Below are positions 11,928-25,243 of a DNA stretch of 64,000 nt, piece by piece. The position numbers and the translations under genes are program-made. The notes below the pieces were generated by a model. The model did not search any database and was not told the origin of the DNA. It saw only the letters and a program-made list of their open reading frames with translations. Within the stretch, counting starts at the first letter, position 1. Each line of letters opens with the position of its first letter. The stretch comes from Okamejei kenojei (lineage: Eukaryota): NCBI GenBank assembly GCA_035221665.1, contig CM069161.1, positions 3,720,001 through 3,784,000 on the forward strand. The letters are read 5' to 3'.

Positions 11928-14900
11928 AGTATGGACTAGACTTGAGTTCCGCAAACAGAATATCAAGGCAGTGTAGACAGGTTGATGGCTATTTACCCTG
12001 TTGGTAGAGTTCCTAAAATGAGACAAACACGATTATCTGGAACCACTGGTTGGAGTAAAGCGTAGAAGATGTCTAGAGCCCTCGCCTCCCCACTAACCCC
12101 TTCCTCCACCACCACCGCCATTCCCCCCAAAATGATTAACTGCATCAAATCAAGTTGTGTTTATTGTCACACGCACAAGTACAACGAGATAGAGGAACAA
12201 TACAAATCTTACTCGCAGCGGCATCACAGGCACGTAGACGCAGATAAACACACGCACACATAATTTACACGTAAAATTATGCAAGGCAATAAAGAAGAAA
12301 GATTGCAAAAACAAGATTAACGCAAACCCAATTGTGTCTTCCTGAAACAAACAAAAACTCACTTAAATGTTTAAAGTAATTTTATGATAAAATAATTATT
12401 CAATTAATTAAAGTACTAATCTCATCGGAATGGCAATTTATGTAACAGAAACTGTATTGGTAGAGGAGATACAATGAACTGCAGATGCAGGTTTGCAAAG
12501 AAATGTCTCGGAATGGAGGACATTTGAACTGTACAAATTGTGGTAAATCATCGCTCAATAATCCCTTATTTACCCGTGTGCTGTCTACATGTTAACGTTC
12601 ACGTACACACCATAAACTCGACGAGTTTAAACAGTATGAAGATAAGATTTGTTAAATAACATTAAAGCTGCTTATTGTCATGATAAAGTGTTCTACATTA
12701 CTTAGTCAGACACTGTGGAAGTGGATATTAATAATTAAAACATGTGCGAATATGGAACCCAAATGGCGATTTAATGGATTCCTATTATGAAATCCTTTTG
12801 GTACTATTAGCTAATACTAAAGTGCTATTACCATGGCAGATGCGATCGCCTGATGATACATTCCGCCCAATGCGCATAAGAAAGCGGATTGTAAACAATT
12901 CGTTATTAACTATTTGTTATACCAAACAGATAACGGAGGGGATCAAACTAATTTAACTCTGTGTCCTTGCAGTCCTGATGGTCTTTGCAACCCGGTGCCA
13001 GCTCACCAAATTCCAGAGGCATCCTTGCAGACATGTTTTGCAGTAGAGCAATTACCCGCAAGTCACGCACTTCCTCTACTCCGCCACCAACCTTCATGAA
13101 CTTGCTTGTCCTGTGTGAACTTACAACTATTAAAATAGTAAGTGTTAGTCGTAAAATCTAAAACAGGCAACATTGGGAAAGATAGAGTAACGATCGCTGT
13201 GAGACTGGGTTATCAGAACAAGACTTCCGGAGCAGCACTAGGAATTCAAGTTAGGACGGAAAATTAGTTAATTTTATTGTAAATCGTTTCTAGCCTCCGT
13301 AAATCTCATTCTAGCGGTAAATAAACTTCGTTTCAACATAGCAACACAAGGAACTGCACATGTTGGAACTTTGAATAAAACACAAAGTGCTGGAGGAACT
13401 CAGCGGGTTAGCCAACATCTGCACAGGGAATGGATAGGCGAGGTTTAAGAAAGGGACCCGTATTCGGACCACTATGCCGCTGTTTCGATCTTACTACAAA
13501 ATCCTTTCACTTTGTGATGTATTTATGATCTTAACAGTGACCTTTTTTTAAAAATAATACTAACGATCGATTCTCGGGGTTACGAAGATTCCCTCTAAGG
13601 TGTCTTTAGAAAAGAACAATGACATAAGATATTCTATCTGCACCAGATAGTTGTGTTGAGAGGCAAGATTTAGTTCATGCACATAAAAGGCATTTTTGTG
13701 TGCCAGCATTGCCTTTGAAATGTAAAGCATTTTATTGCATTTTGGTAATCAGTACAAATGTGGATGGCTGCGAGTCAAAATGAATTGGATAAAAGAAAGT
13801 GTTTGTAACACTTGAAGGGTCCTGACCCGAATCGTTATCCGTCCATTCCCTCCGCAGTTCCGCCTGACCGCTGAGTTCCTCCGGCATTCTGTGACTTGCC
13901 CCGTTTCAATCTCTATCTTAACGTAGAAACAGTGAGTAATTTCTGCAAGTTCAATGTGATCCAAGATCAGTGCAATATTATTAGGGAGTGGAAGGAGAGA
14001 AACGGTGGGGATAATCGCCAGATATCCCTGGTTAGTTATTGGGATATAACACCCAAGGGGCCCCTATTGAGGTAACATATATCACTGCCCAGCGGACCGT
14101 GACACAATCGCCCTGGGTGAGAAACAATACTAGTTGGTTAATTAATCCTCCAAAGGAGTGGCGCAGTCCCATCCTATCCCACCCTTTCCCCATTCTCCGT
14201 GCCGCTGCTAATTCAACTTGCACACATGTATAAGCACTTGTGCACGCCTTCGCAACGTCGCGAGGGTGAATCATTAACTCGAGTCAGAGGGCAATTAAAC
14301 CGAATAGAGATCGATAGCAATTGTAGTGATATGCTTTAACATAACAAATAACATATCATAAATACGAAGGAACAAGAAACTGCAGATGCTGGTTTACAAA
14401 GAAAGACACCTATTCTGGACTAACTGATATCCACGTTCTCCGGAGATGCTGCCTGGCCCGGTGTGTCACTCCAGCACTTCCTATCTGTTTTTTACTGCAA
14501 CTATAGACGGACCCATCAATGACAATTTAGCAGGAAACAACATATTTAGATTAAACTAATAACGACATTGTTGTAATATAGGGTTATCTGTCCCTTCTTC
14601 TGCAAGATATCCCTGGTAAAGAGACTTTTGCAGATGTTTTTCAGGAAATGTGAAAAATGCCAACATGTTCTCGATGGAATGGAAATGGAATGGAATTCGA
14701 CTTTACTGAGTGTCCAAAACATGTCTGACTGCGGGGCACAGAACTCCCGGGGAGGAGTAGTAACGCTCGTTACTAATTGATATTGGGACAGAGAGCCGAG
14801 CTTCGGTTGAAAACGAACTCACTTGTAGGAATAGAGGGGAGAAAGGGGGAGTAAGGAAATACAGTAAATAAAGAGAGAAAAGACCAGAAGCGACAGCGCT

Positions 14901-15269
14901 CCATCAACATAGCAAACGTGCCAGTTAAAAGCTGTATAACATTGCTCAGTGTAATGTAAATCATCTCGGGCAGTTCTCGGAGCTGTCACCCAGAAGCTCT
15001 TTCAGGTTCCTGCAGCTCCATTTTCCACACGTCATTAATGTGGATTTTATGAACTCAGACTTTTTTTTTCTTGTTGGGGAGGTGTGAGAGGGAATGAAAG
15101 CGAGGACGCGATTCTCCCTAATTATTGTCGGTCCAGATTTATGCTCGTTAGAAGAAGACATGATGAAGGCATTGACATCAGTGGGGCTTCGTGAAGAGCA
15201 GAGCTAAATGTATGATTGTCACACCGAGCATCTCCGATCTGTGTCACCTCCCCGCTGGCTCGGGGGCGT

Positions 15270-15318
<49 letters not shown>

Positions 15319-15340
15319 GGGGGGGGGGGGGGGGGGGGGG
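15270..15340. repeat. Poly-G tract (~70 bp, one T)
   Basis: Directly visible. Confidence 0.95.
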
Positions 15341-15674
15341 TCAACGCCACTGGATAGATAATATCGGCAACAAATAACTATGCCCACCTTATTATTTTCT
15401 TACGTACAGTCCAATAGAGTATTGCCCTACCTAAAACAAGCATATATTGCACATACGCAGTATACTCCATCGTCTGTTTTTGCTTGGCTAAATTTGCGTG
15501 TGTCCAAATGTTCATGTACCTATGACCTGTTTAGTCGGTCTGCCAATGTAACACATCACTTACCTCCCTGATATTCACACATTCGTGTTTCTAGTTATAT
15601 AACGGTTTGCTCCAGCACTCAGTTTCCTGCGTATTCATTTATCTAATAGTATTGCTGGAAATATTCATACGCCA

Positions 15675-15902
15675 NNNNNNNNNNNNNNNNNNNNNNNNNN
15701 NNNNNNNNNNNNNNNNNNNNNNNNNNNNNNNNNNNNNNNNNNNNNNNNNNNNNNNNNNNNNNNNNNNNNNNNNNNNNNNNNNNNNNNNNNNNNNNNNNNN
15801 NNNNNNNNNNNNNNNNNNNNNNNNNNNNNNNNNNNNNNNNNNNNNNNNNNNNNNNNNNNNNNNNNNNNNNNNNNNNNNNNNNNNNNNNNNNNNNNNNNNN
15901 NN
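15675..15902. other. Assembly gap (228 N)
   Basis: Run of N. Confidence 1.
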
Positions 15903-16152
15903 CACACCCACATGCAGAAAACACACACACAAACATGCACACACACGCACACAGAAAACACACACGCACACAACACACCTACACACACACAAACACACAA
16001 ACACACAAACACACACACGCACACAGAGAACACACACACACAACACACAAACACACATACAGAAGACACAAACGGAAAACACACACATACACACACAGAA
16101 AACAGACACACAAACACACATAAAACACACTCACACACAACACACACACATA
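15903..16152. repeat. Degenerate (CA)n low-complexity tract
   Basis: Directly visible next to the gap. Confidence 0.95.
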
Positions 16153-18013
16153 CGTATATAATTGTTAAAAGAGAATTGCTTCTTGCTGATATATTGAAAG
16201 AAGCAATTCTGTAGTTACAATTTTACACGTGCATGCAAGAAACTATATTTGAGTGCGTGGTTGTAACACACTCTATACTCTCAGACATGTCCCAAAGAAT
16301 CTATTCAGTAGCAACGACAGACTGTGAAGCTCAGCAATGTTGTATCAAGCAAAGACTTGAAACATGTTGTCATATTACAAGGGAGAGAATGAGAAAAGTG
16401 AACCAGAGCCTGATATAGAGCCGGAGGGAGAGCAACGTGATTTATGTTTGGCTGTTAATAGCTTCAGAGAGTGTGCCCAAAGGAGTCGAGACTAACCTCA
16501 CAGAACATGTAGGACGTCTGAACGGATTCCTAGACGGATTAGAAAAGAAATCATGATCAAATAGCCTCGATTAATGAGAATTATCCGTCCCTCATTGAAA
16601 CACCTTGTCATGTGTAACATTGTAGCCAAATATAATCCAAGGCCAACAAATTGAAATCGAAACGTAAATAATAATGTTTAAACATCCTGGTAAAGGTTAT
16701 TCAAGCGCGACCCTGCCTCTTGCCACGTGGGCTCGCTCAGAGTATAATCCGAGTCTCACCTGTTAAAGGCGGCTCGGGTTACCCGGTGGGTCTGAACATT
16801 CATGAAGTCTGAATTTGGTCGGTTTATCTGTAACTTCGCAACTAGTGCTCGCTCTCACTCCACTTCATCAGTTGACTTTTGGACGGCGGGTCGTAGCGGC
16901 ACACAAATGCTAATTATATCGGTGTGTACATAATTACCAGCTGTTTCAGCCTTAATAGAAAATGCAAAATCACTTTCAGCTTTGACTCCAAGGAGGAGAT
17001 CTGCCATCTATCCGTCCCACTCGGATTATACGAGGTCCTGGGAAATTTAGCCGTGGCTCTCCCGGTCCTCGCGTTACTTAGCATCGAGGAGTTATCACGG
17101 GAGTGTGTAGGAAGGAACTGCAGATGCTGGTTTACACCGAAGATAGATACAAAATGCTGGAGTAACTCAGCGGGTCAGGGAACATCTTTGGAAAATAGGA
17201 ATAGGCGACGTTTGGCGTCATGGGTAAGGTAGCGGCGGGAGGAAAGATCAGGGGTTCTCGTTGAGTATTAGGATCAATCCCAGTTGCAGCGCAGTGGCCC
17301 ACAACGGTGCCCATTTCTGTCCAAAACTAAAATGTACGGTCTGCCAGGTATCGCCCTAAACACCAACCAAACCACCAGCCACTTCGTTCAAATCCCTGCG
17401 TTAGAGTCATTGAGCCATGCGGCATAGAAACACGCCCTTCAACCCATGGCGTTGCCTGCATTTGGCCACATCACTGTGAACCTTTATATGTTTCAAAGAT
17501 ATATAGGCGCGGAAAGCTGGAGTAACTCAGCAGGTCAGACAGCACCTCTGGAGAAATGAGTAGGAGATTTTTTCCACATCGCTCTAAACCTTTCCTATCC
17601 ATGACCCTGTTTTTTTTTTTTTTTTTTATGTTGTTATTGTACCTGTCTCAGTTATTAGTTTAATACCTAGGCCCCTCGCAGCATTTTGCATCCGTATAAA
17701 AACGAAAACAATTGACCTGATTTTTTTTTTTAATTGCTTTAAATGTCAAAATCAAAAGATTTATATCCGAGCGCCATGGCCGAGAGCGAAAGCCGTTGGA
17801 ACAGTGAATGTTGAGTGAGAGGGGAAGTCTTGACAGCGAGGTGAAGACGACAGGCAGCCTGTGGTCTGCTTAACCTGCATAGAAACTGAATAATCCATGG
17901 GAATATATTGTTTACTTTAATTCCCCAAACTATTTTTAAATAACAATGGTTGCAAAATTATGCTGTTATCAATTTAGACAATTTTCTTTTAACAATCTGT
18001 CAGTCTAACAGAT

Positions 18014-18249
18014 GTTTTTCACACAAAGGGTGGTTGATGTATGGAGCAAACTGCCAGAGGAGGTAGTTGAGGCAGGGACTATCCCAACATTTAAGAAACA
18101 GTTAGACAGGTACATGGGTAGGACAGGTTTGGAGGGATATGGACCAAATGGTGGCAGGTGGGACGAAGTGTAGCTGGGACATGTTGGCCGGTGTGGGCAA
18201 GTTGGGCCGAGGGGCCTGTTTCCACCCTGTATCACTTTATGACTATGAT
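18014..18249 (+). mobile_element. CR1 subfamily B 3' fragment
   Basis: ctgccagaggaggtagttgaggcagggactatc...gggccgaggggcctgtttcc...atgactatga. Confidence 0.87.
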
Positions 18250-19267
18250 TCTTACAGTGGCGGCTCGATTCCCCTATCCCCTCTCACACCTAAAGCAGGC
18301 AGATACAAAGTGCGCTGAATTGTCATCAACCCACTGCCATCATTATTTCCTTTGGAAGTAATGAGTGGTTATTGTAGAGGTGTTACAGGTGGAAATGAAC
18401 CTTCACGATAGCAATAGGTCACACTTTGGGCCTGACACAGATCTAGTCACTTGGTTGCTGATCAGCGTGGCTTTCTGGTCTTCAAACTTCGGTTTGATAC
18501 ATCTCTGGGATTATATTTTTTTAATATAGAAAGGGCATCAACTCAAAAAAACTCAAAAGAGAATTTTAAATGTTGAGGACTTCATTCACTATTCAGGGCC
18601 ATTTTAATTCATGGGAAAAATTACTTATTATATGTGAATCATTAAAGACAATAGTCTTCGCTGATAATGGAATCAAACTGCCCAAATACTAATCAAGACA
18701 GCTCGAAAGTGGAAGGCGTTTGTCAACTGTCCCTGAACTGTGCACTCGGGAAAAGACGGGATAGTGCCCTGGTCTATGTGCAACGGAGCCCAGCCATCCG
18801 ATTAACTCAATCGCAATGTCCCATTCTGCCCTCTTCTATTTGACCACAGCCATTCCCCATTTCAGAAACTGCCCAAATAACCATTTTAGCGAGGACATGT
18901 TTTAGGAAATTCATCCGCGGCACATCATAATAACAAGCAATTGTACTATTGTTGCTTAAACATAACTTTGCAAGAATTATTTTAACAATTTCGCCGACAG
19001 CTTTAATTGTTTACTGTGGCCCCAGAATCCCTTCCTTAATTTCCCATTGCATTGTTCTTGGTTCTAATAATTCAGAATGTATTTCTTAAATCTAAAGGTT
19101 TAATGATTGATGGCAAACACTCAAGATATTCCATTGTTTAATGTTGAATCTGAGCTGGTCGAGCAAAAACCTGCAACTACTTCACCAGTATGTGGCTAAT
19201 ATTTATAACCAAAGCAACATATTAGAAAGCCTATTCCCACTATCTATAAATGTAGTATATAATACAT

Positions 19268-19556
19268 AAGTCAAGTCAAGTCAAGTCACTTTTATTTCTA
19301 TCGCACATTTACAAAACAACTCTCGTTGGCCAAAGTGCTTTACATTTGTGGCGGTACTAACATTATACAATAGTGGTTCATAGATTAATTACATACATAA
19401 ATGCATACATATAGCCCTCACTCAGAGGACACCAAGAAAGGCTTCAGAGTAGAGATGATTTTTTTAGTCTCAACTTAAAGGAGTCGATGGAGGGGGCAGT
19501 TCTGATGGGAAGAGGGATGCTGTTCCTCAGTCTATGAGCTGCAACTGCAAAGGCGT
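19268..19556 (-). mobile_element. L2-clade LINE 3' end
   Basis: Minus strand reads AFAVAAHRLRNSIPLPIRTAPSIDSFKLRLK (L2 ORF2 C-terminus); (cttga)n tail. Confidence 0.75.
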
Positions 19557-20270
19557 TTCACATAAGGTGTGAAAGCTATGTCTATTTGTCCATAATATAT
19601 ATATTTTGCAGGGGGTTATGAATTATATTTGATATGTATATATATGTTGTATTTCGGATTTCCAACATTCATATTACTGTCATTTATCCAATTGACCTTG
19701 GTCACCTTCATATTCATTTCCAAGAATACCAACAATTTCTGAATTTTTTCATACTGGGTAGGTCGACACAAGCCATTCCTAAAATTTGATCTTCTCGATA
19801 ACCAAATGCAAGTCAACCTCTTCAAAGCCCTGCCAGCAGAGCTTTGTCAATCAGATAAGACATGCCCCAGGTGAAATTAGCTATCAGAATACCGAATATT
19901 TGCAACATTCCTACTAATCTGATCTATTACAAATTAATAGAACATAAAATATAGAACATAGAACAGTACAGCACAGAAATGGGCCATTTGACCCACAATA
20001 TCTGTGCTGAACATTGTGCCGAGATAAATAATCTAAGTTGCCTGCACAGGATCGATATCCATCCTTTCTCTGCATATCCTTGCACCAATTCAAAAGACTC
20101 TTAAATGTCCCTATTGTATCTGCCTTCCAGTCTGAAATACTTGCACCCGTACTGAGTTTTCTCCTTTTTGCCTCTCTGCATATCCTTACCAAGCTCTTAA
20201 ATGTCCCTATTTATCAATTCCAGGGGAAAAGGTTCTGACTGTCCACCCCATCTATGCTGGGGTGGACAGG

Positions 20271-20758
20271 GAAGGTTCACCAGACTGATTCCTGGGATGT
20301 CAGGACTTTCATATGAGGAAAGAAGGGATAGACTTGGCTTGTACTCGCTAGAATTTAGAAGACTGAGGGGGGATCTTATAGAAACTTACAAAATTCTTAA
20401 GGGGTTGGATAGGCTAGATGCAGGAAGATTGTTCCCGATGTTGGGGAGGTCCAGAACAAGGGGTCACTGTCTAAGGATAAGGGGGAATTCCTTTAGGACC
20501 GAGATGAGGAAAACATTTTTCACAGAGAGTGGTGAGTCTCTGGAATTATCTGCCACAGAAGGTAGTTGAGGCCAGTTCACTGGCTATATTTAAGAGGGAG
20601 TTAGATGTGGCCCTTATGGCTAAAGGGATCAGGGGGTATGGAGAGAAGGCAGGTACAGGATACTGAGTTGGATGATCAGCCATGATCATATTGAATGGTG
20701 GTGCAGGCTCGAAGGGCCGAATGACCTACTCCTGCACCTATTTTCTATGTTTCTATGC
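20271..20758 (+). mobile_element. CR1-clade LINE 3' fragment
   Basis: RFTRLIPGMSGLSYEERRDRLGLYSLEFRRLRGDLIETYKILKG; tail ttttctatgtttctatg. Confidence 0.92.
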
Positions 20759-21784
20759 TTCATCTAATTTTATGCACTTCTATCGGGTCTCCTCCCAATC
20801 TCTGGTTTTAATCATACTGTTAAAGATGTTAATCATACTGTTAAAAACTTTAAACATATTTCACAATTGATATTAAAATATGGCATAATCTCATAAAATA
20901 ACAGAACACATTTAAATATATTTGTTAATATAATTGATTTAAAAATGTAAAATACTTCAAACTTGCTATTCTGTCACAGAAACATTCCATCTCCTGTCCA
21001 TTGAAATAAAGGGAATCATCAAACCTGTTCCATTGCTAGTTCTGGTCTTACTAAATCTGTTTCTCTCCACTCCCCCTCTCCCCTGGCATCAACAGCAACA
21101 TCTCCATCTGCTTTGTTAAGGTATAAGAAAAATATATGAGCTTTTAAAAAAATTCCCTTTGGATATTTGAATTCACAATGATTAAAAAAATCCTATCTAG
21201 TAAATTTTATGGGATTTGTTTTGTGAAACTGTGTATTCAAGTGGTCCAAACATCTTGATATTTTAAATATTAAGATTGCTTAAAAATGCAAAGGAAAGCA
21301 GAGCCAACAAAATGGATATTAGAATAGCACATTGTCAGGAAATGTACAGTATGCGACCAATGCACATAGCTCTCTATCTGTATTTGTAGTTGGATGTGTG
21401 CATCTTATACCTGCACATGCGGAAATGTATGTGTTCATTCAGAGTATGTGTGAATTTATATATTTCCATATCTGCCCACAAATCCCCTATGACATCATAC
21501 GTGGAAGGCTACACAAAGAATATTGTCTGTTACTTCACTCTCTGCCCTGCGTGCTGCTGTTTTCTCATCTTCTTTTTATATCCTACTCTTTGCCATTTAC
21601 GTTCCCCCCTACAAATACCACTTGATCTGTTTCTCTAGTTCTTATTTGCTTTTCCTTTCAGAGTGGAGGTAGATGTTGTACAGCATTATGATGGGGACCT
21701 GATTTACTAATTGCTACACCTTCAGGTGGCTCTTGAAGGAAGGTTTGCTCAGCTGTCACTTCACTGTTAAAGTCACTCCATGAG

Positions 21785-22035
21785 TGGCAGATTGGCGCAG
21801 TGGTAGAGTTGCTCCCTTACATTTCCAGAGACCCGGGTTTGATACTGACTATGGGCACTGTCAGTATGAAGTTTGTACATTCTCCCTGTGACCATGTGGG
21901 TTTTCCCTGGGTACTCCAGTTTCCTCCTACATTCCAAAGATCTACAGGTTTGTAGGCATGTAGGACAGCACTAGTGTACTAGTCGGCACAGGCTCGGTGG
22001 GCCGAAGGGCCTGTTTCCATGATGCATCTCTAAAA
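21785..22035 (+). mobile_element. HE1-like tRNA-derived V-SINE
   Basis: A box tggcgcagtgg, B-box-like gggtttgatac, V-domain gtttgtacattctccctgtgacc...gtttcctcc.acattccaaaga, and a 3' tail gggccgaagggcctgtttcc shared with the CR1-B LINE. Confidence 0.85.
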
Positions 22036-25001
22036 TTCTGAAGTCTATAGAAGATGTAGCTCCCAGAGTTTGTCAACACAGTGGGACCTCCCTGCCTGTA
22101 ATTCTAATTCAATCTACATTGTGCCAATTACCATTCACTTACACCATTGGAACACTGTCCCATCTCATGGTCATTGAATCTGCTGCTTCAAGCCCCTGGA
22201 ACTACCCAGTGTAACTCATTCTCATTTCCTCTGCTGTTATCTCGCTCATGAACTCACTCCAATAATTCTCAACGCTGTTACCTGCTCTGCTCAAAGGCAG
22301 GTGCTGAGTGCCCCAAAACCCACACCATCAACAACAATGACCTCTCCAACACTCCCATCCCCAACAGACCCTCTGCCCCACTCCACTTCTCCTCTGTTCC
22401 AAAATTTCCTCTCTGCTTTCATCAGTACACTTTGTGAAATGCGTCTTGTTTTTTCAGGTTGAGTAAAGTGCCCCGTCTTTTGCTTTTCATGCCACTTCTA
22501 CCTTGTTGTCTCACAGGGGGCCAGTAATGAAATGCCCACAGGTTCTCACTCCCAAGTAAACAAGAGATTGTTCACCAGCATCAAAATTATTCTTGAACAC
22601 GAGTTAAACAAAATAAAAGTCTCTTTCCATCTTTTGATTTTATTACATTCTCCAAAATCTGTGGATATATCAAATGCACAAATTATCCATAGATAATTAT
22701 CACTTACATACTTTATGCAGTCAAAAATATGTACTAATATATCAATTGGCTGCATTTACATGTGAGTGAATGACCAGGATGGTATTTGCAAAACAAACAG
22801 AAACATCTGGAAATAGTAGATCAAATAGCATCTGTGGAGCAAAAAGTTACCCTTTGAAGTCCACTACCTTCCATCAGAAGTGGAAAAAGTACAGGATTGT
22901 TAGATGTTGCTTAATACCATCTCTCGCCGTATCTTAAAGCTGTTTATTCCAATGAAACGCCATGAATCTGAAACATTCGGCTCATCTTTGATCAGAGACT
23001 GAATGGCTTACTTCTGGTATTTTAGTAAAAAAAATACTTCCAGTATTTTGTTATTTTATTTCGGATTACCATCATCTGCCGGGTTTTGCCATGAGGGAGT
23101 GCATTGTGAATCTGTCACCTCCAGTCTGTTTATGATCTATATGTTTACATCGACTCGCTTATGGGTCAGAGTAAATGTTTTGACCATCAGTGCTTCCAGT
23201 CAGGTCCTCATTTGTGACTGTCTGAGTTTAAATATCGATAATTTATTTCCATCACTTGATCAGATTTAGATGCATTTATGCTAGTGGGCTTATTTTATTG
23301 TTGACAATACAAAGAGTTTCTGATTTCGGCATTGTACCAGCCTATTACATTTATTAAGTAAGTTTTGCTGATTTATATTTTAGCAAGCACGTGTCTACTG
23401 GTTAAACAGATTGCCCACAAGACTAGTGGGGGAAACACGATTTTGTTCACTACGTGCATTTATCATTGGATTTAATTAATTTCAATTTATAAAACGATTA
23501 ACAATTATGAAACACGTTCCAAGTAGTTAACTTGAAAGGCAATGCCGGGATCTTATACGCCATCGAGTTCGATTCTGTTTAGATTAAGTGGAATTCCTTG
23601 TACGATCAACGTTGGTAATAGACCTTGTGGCGTTGTAAACGGCGACGTTGGATGTCGGTGTTTGTTGACAGATGGGCCTGGGACGTGCACACGTGTTTGA
23701 ACAAAGTGTCAAACTCACGTTCAACTAAGCACTGTTTAAATCAAAAGGTGCTACAGACACAAGGCCAGAATCCGGGATCTGATCGGTTATCAGTAACGTT
23801 GTAAAACTGGAGCGCTGCGTTTTGCTCAAGATTCCAGCAGGTCCTTGTGTCTTGGGGTAATAATTATCTGGCACCTTTTCAATATTTTTTTTATTTTGCC
23901 GGAGTGAGGGATTTATCAACACGAGGAATACAGCCAGTGAAACTGGCCAGATATCATGGCCAGGGACATTTATTGGAATGCAAAACAGTTCGAAATATAC
24001 AATTAGAGCGAACGGGGATCCTCCCCGGGGGGTCTGTATTTGGGTGGAGACTGTGAATGGCATCTCGGGCGAGAGGATGTTTATATTGTTGAAGTTTTAA
24101 GACATTTAGGGGATGATGTGTACGCAATGCTAAGATGCAGGGGTATAAACTCTGATTGACATCTACTTGGTGCTTAAGGCTTGAAGATCTGCATTGGCCA
24201 GTTTTGATTAATTTCACAATGTTGATTGTTTAGCGAATTCCTGTCAGAAGTCTAATTTTTCCTACTGCATTTGTCTTCTATGAGGCAATAATTAACCTAT
24301 CAATATATTTATTATTTAAACGTAAGTCACTATTTTTTTTTGGCTCGGGCCAGGAGTGATTTAATATGTATTGCTCCTGCAAGATCCTTTAATCCCCCCC
24401 CCCCCCCCCTCTCAGTTTTGAGACTATAACCAGAATTGGCAATAATTGGACATTGGGTAACTGGATCTGTAAACCTCTGTAACCCTGGCGCTCTGTATCT
24501 TTCTGCTCATTGCAAATTTTACCCTAAATTCGTTAACTTCAGAAAGGTCGGAAATGGTTGTTAGTGTAATGTTTGTCAAATTATTTCACGCAGAATGTTC
24601 ATTAAAATTGGAAACGTTCCAATAAAAAGCACATCAGCGCTGTGCAAAAAAAGTTCAGCACAAAAGAAAAAACCGCCGGCAATCTTGCAGTGTACGAAAC
24701 CCCTCGAAACATAATTAAGTGAGAGAGTAATTGTATTAGAAATTGAGAAATTAAGCATTCTATCCGAATATTTGACGACAATATTGCAAGATTCACAAGT
24801 ATTCCTGCTCAGACGACGAAGAGCGCCGGAGGAAATTTAGCCTTTCCTGCTAATTGACAACGAATAAATGTCAACGATTGTAATAAGAATGAACTAAGAA
24901 TGCTGGTTCAATATTTTGTCTTTGTTTCTGACTAATAATGCGTAATTTAAAACAAATAATTCCTTAATTGCATTGGTTTGACCATCTCTTATCTTGTCCA
25001 G

Positions 25002-25243
25002 GTCTCTGGCTCTGGGGCATCAGTACTCGTCTCTCGGTTCCCAACCCATCCTCTGCGGTAGTATCCCGGGTCTAGTCCCAAAGCAACTCCGCTTCTGCAG
25101 GAACTACATCGAGATCATGCCCAGCGTGGCGGAGGGAGTCAAGATCGGAATCCAGGAGTGCCAACATCAGTTCCGGGGCAGGAGGTGGAACTGTACCACT
25201 GTCAATGACAACCTGGCCATCTTCGGGCCAGTTCTGGATAAAG
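25002..25243 (+). CDS. wnt3: Wnt3 coding exon 2 (242 bp, phase 2 start, phase 1 end)
   Basis: Acceptor ctcttatcttgtccag ends at 25001 and donor aag|gtattt starts at 25244. Encodes (W)SLALGHQYSSLGSQPILCGSIPGLVPKQLRFCRNYIEIMPSVAEGVKIGIQECQHQFRGRRWNCTTVNDNLAIFGPVLDK; LCGSIPG and NYIEIM are Wnt3-type (Wnt3a has LCASIPG/NYVEIM). Confidence 0.97.

Noticed and set aside
12774-12840. MDSYYEILLVLLANTKVLLPW, superficially like a Wnt3 signal peptide (..NGTKVLAGYPIWW)
   Set aside because: There is no YPIW and no GT donor in the required phase; most likely coincidence in AT-rich sequence.
15607-16214. ORFs spanning the N gap and CA tract
   Set aside because: Artefacts of Ns and low-complexity sequence.
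21793-21850. tRNA-like A and B boxes
   Set aside because: Head of an HE1/V-SINE, not a cloverleaf tRNA gene.
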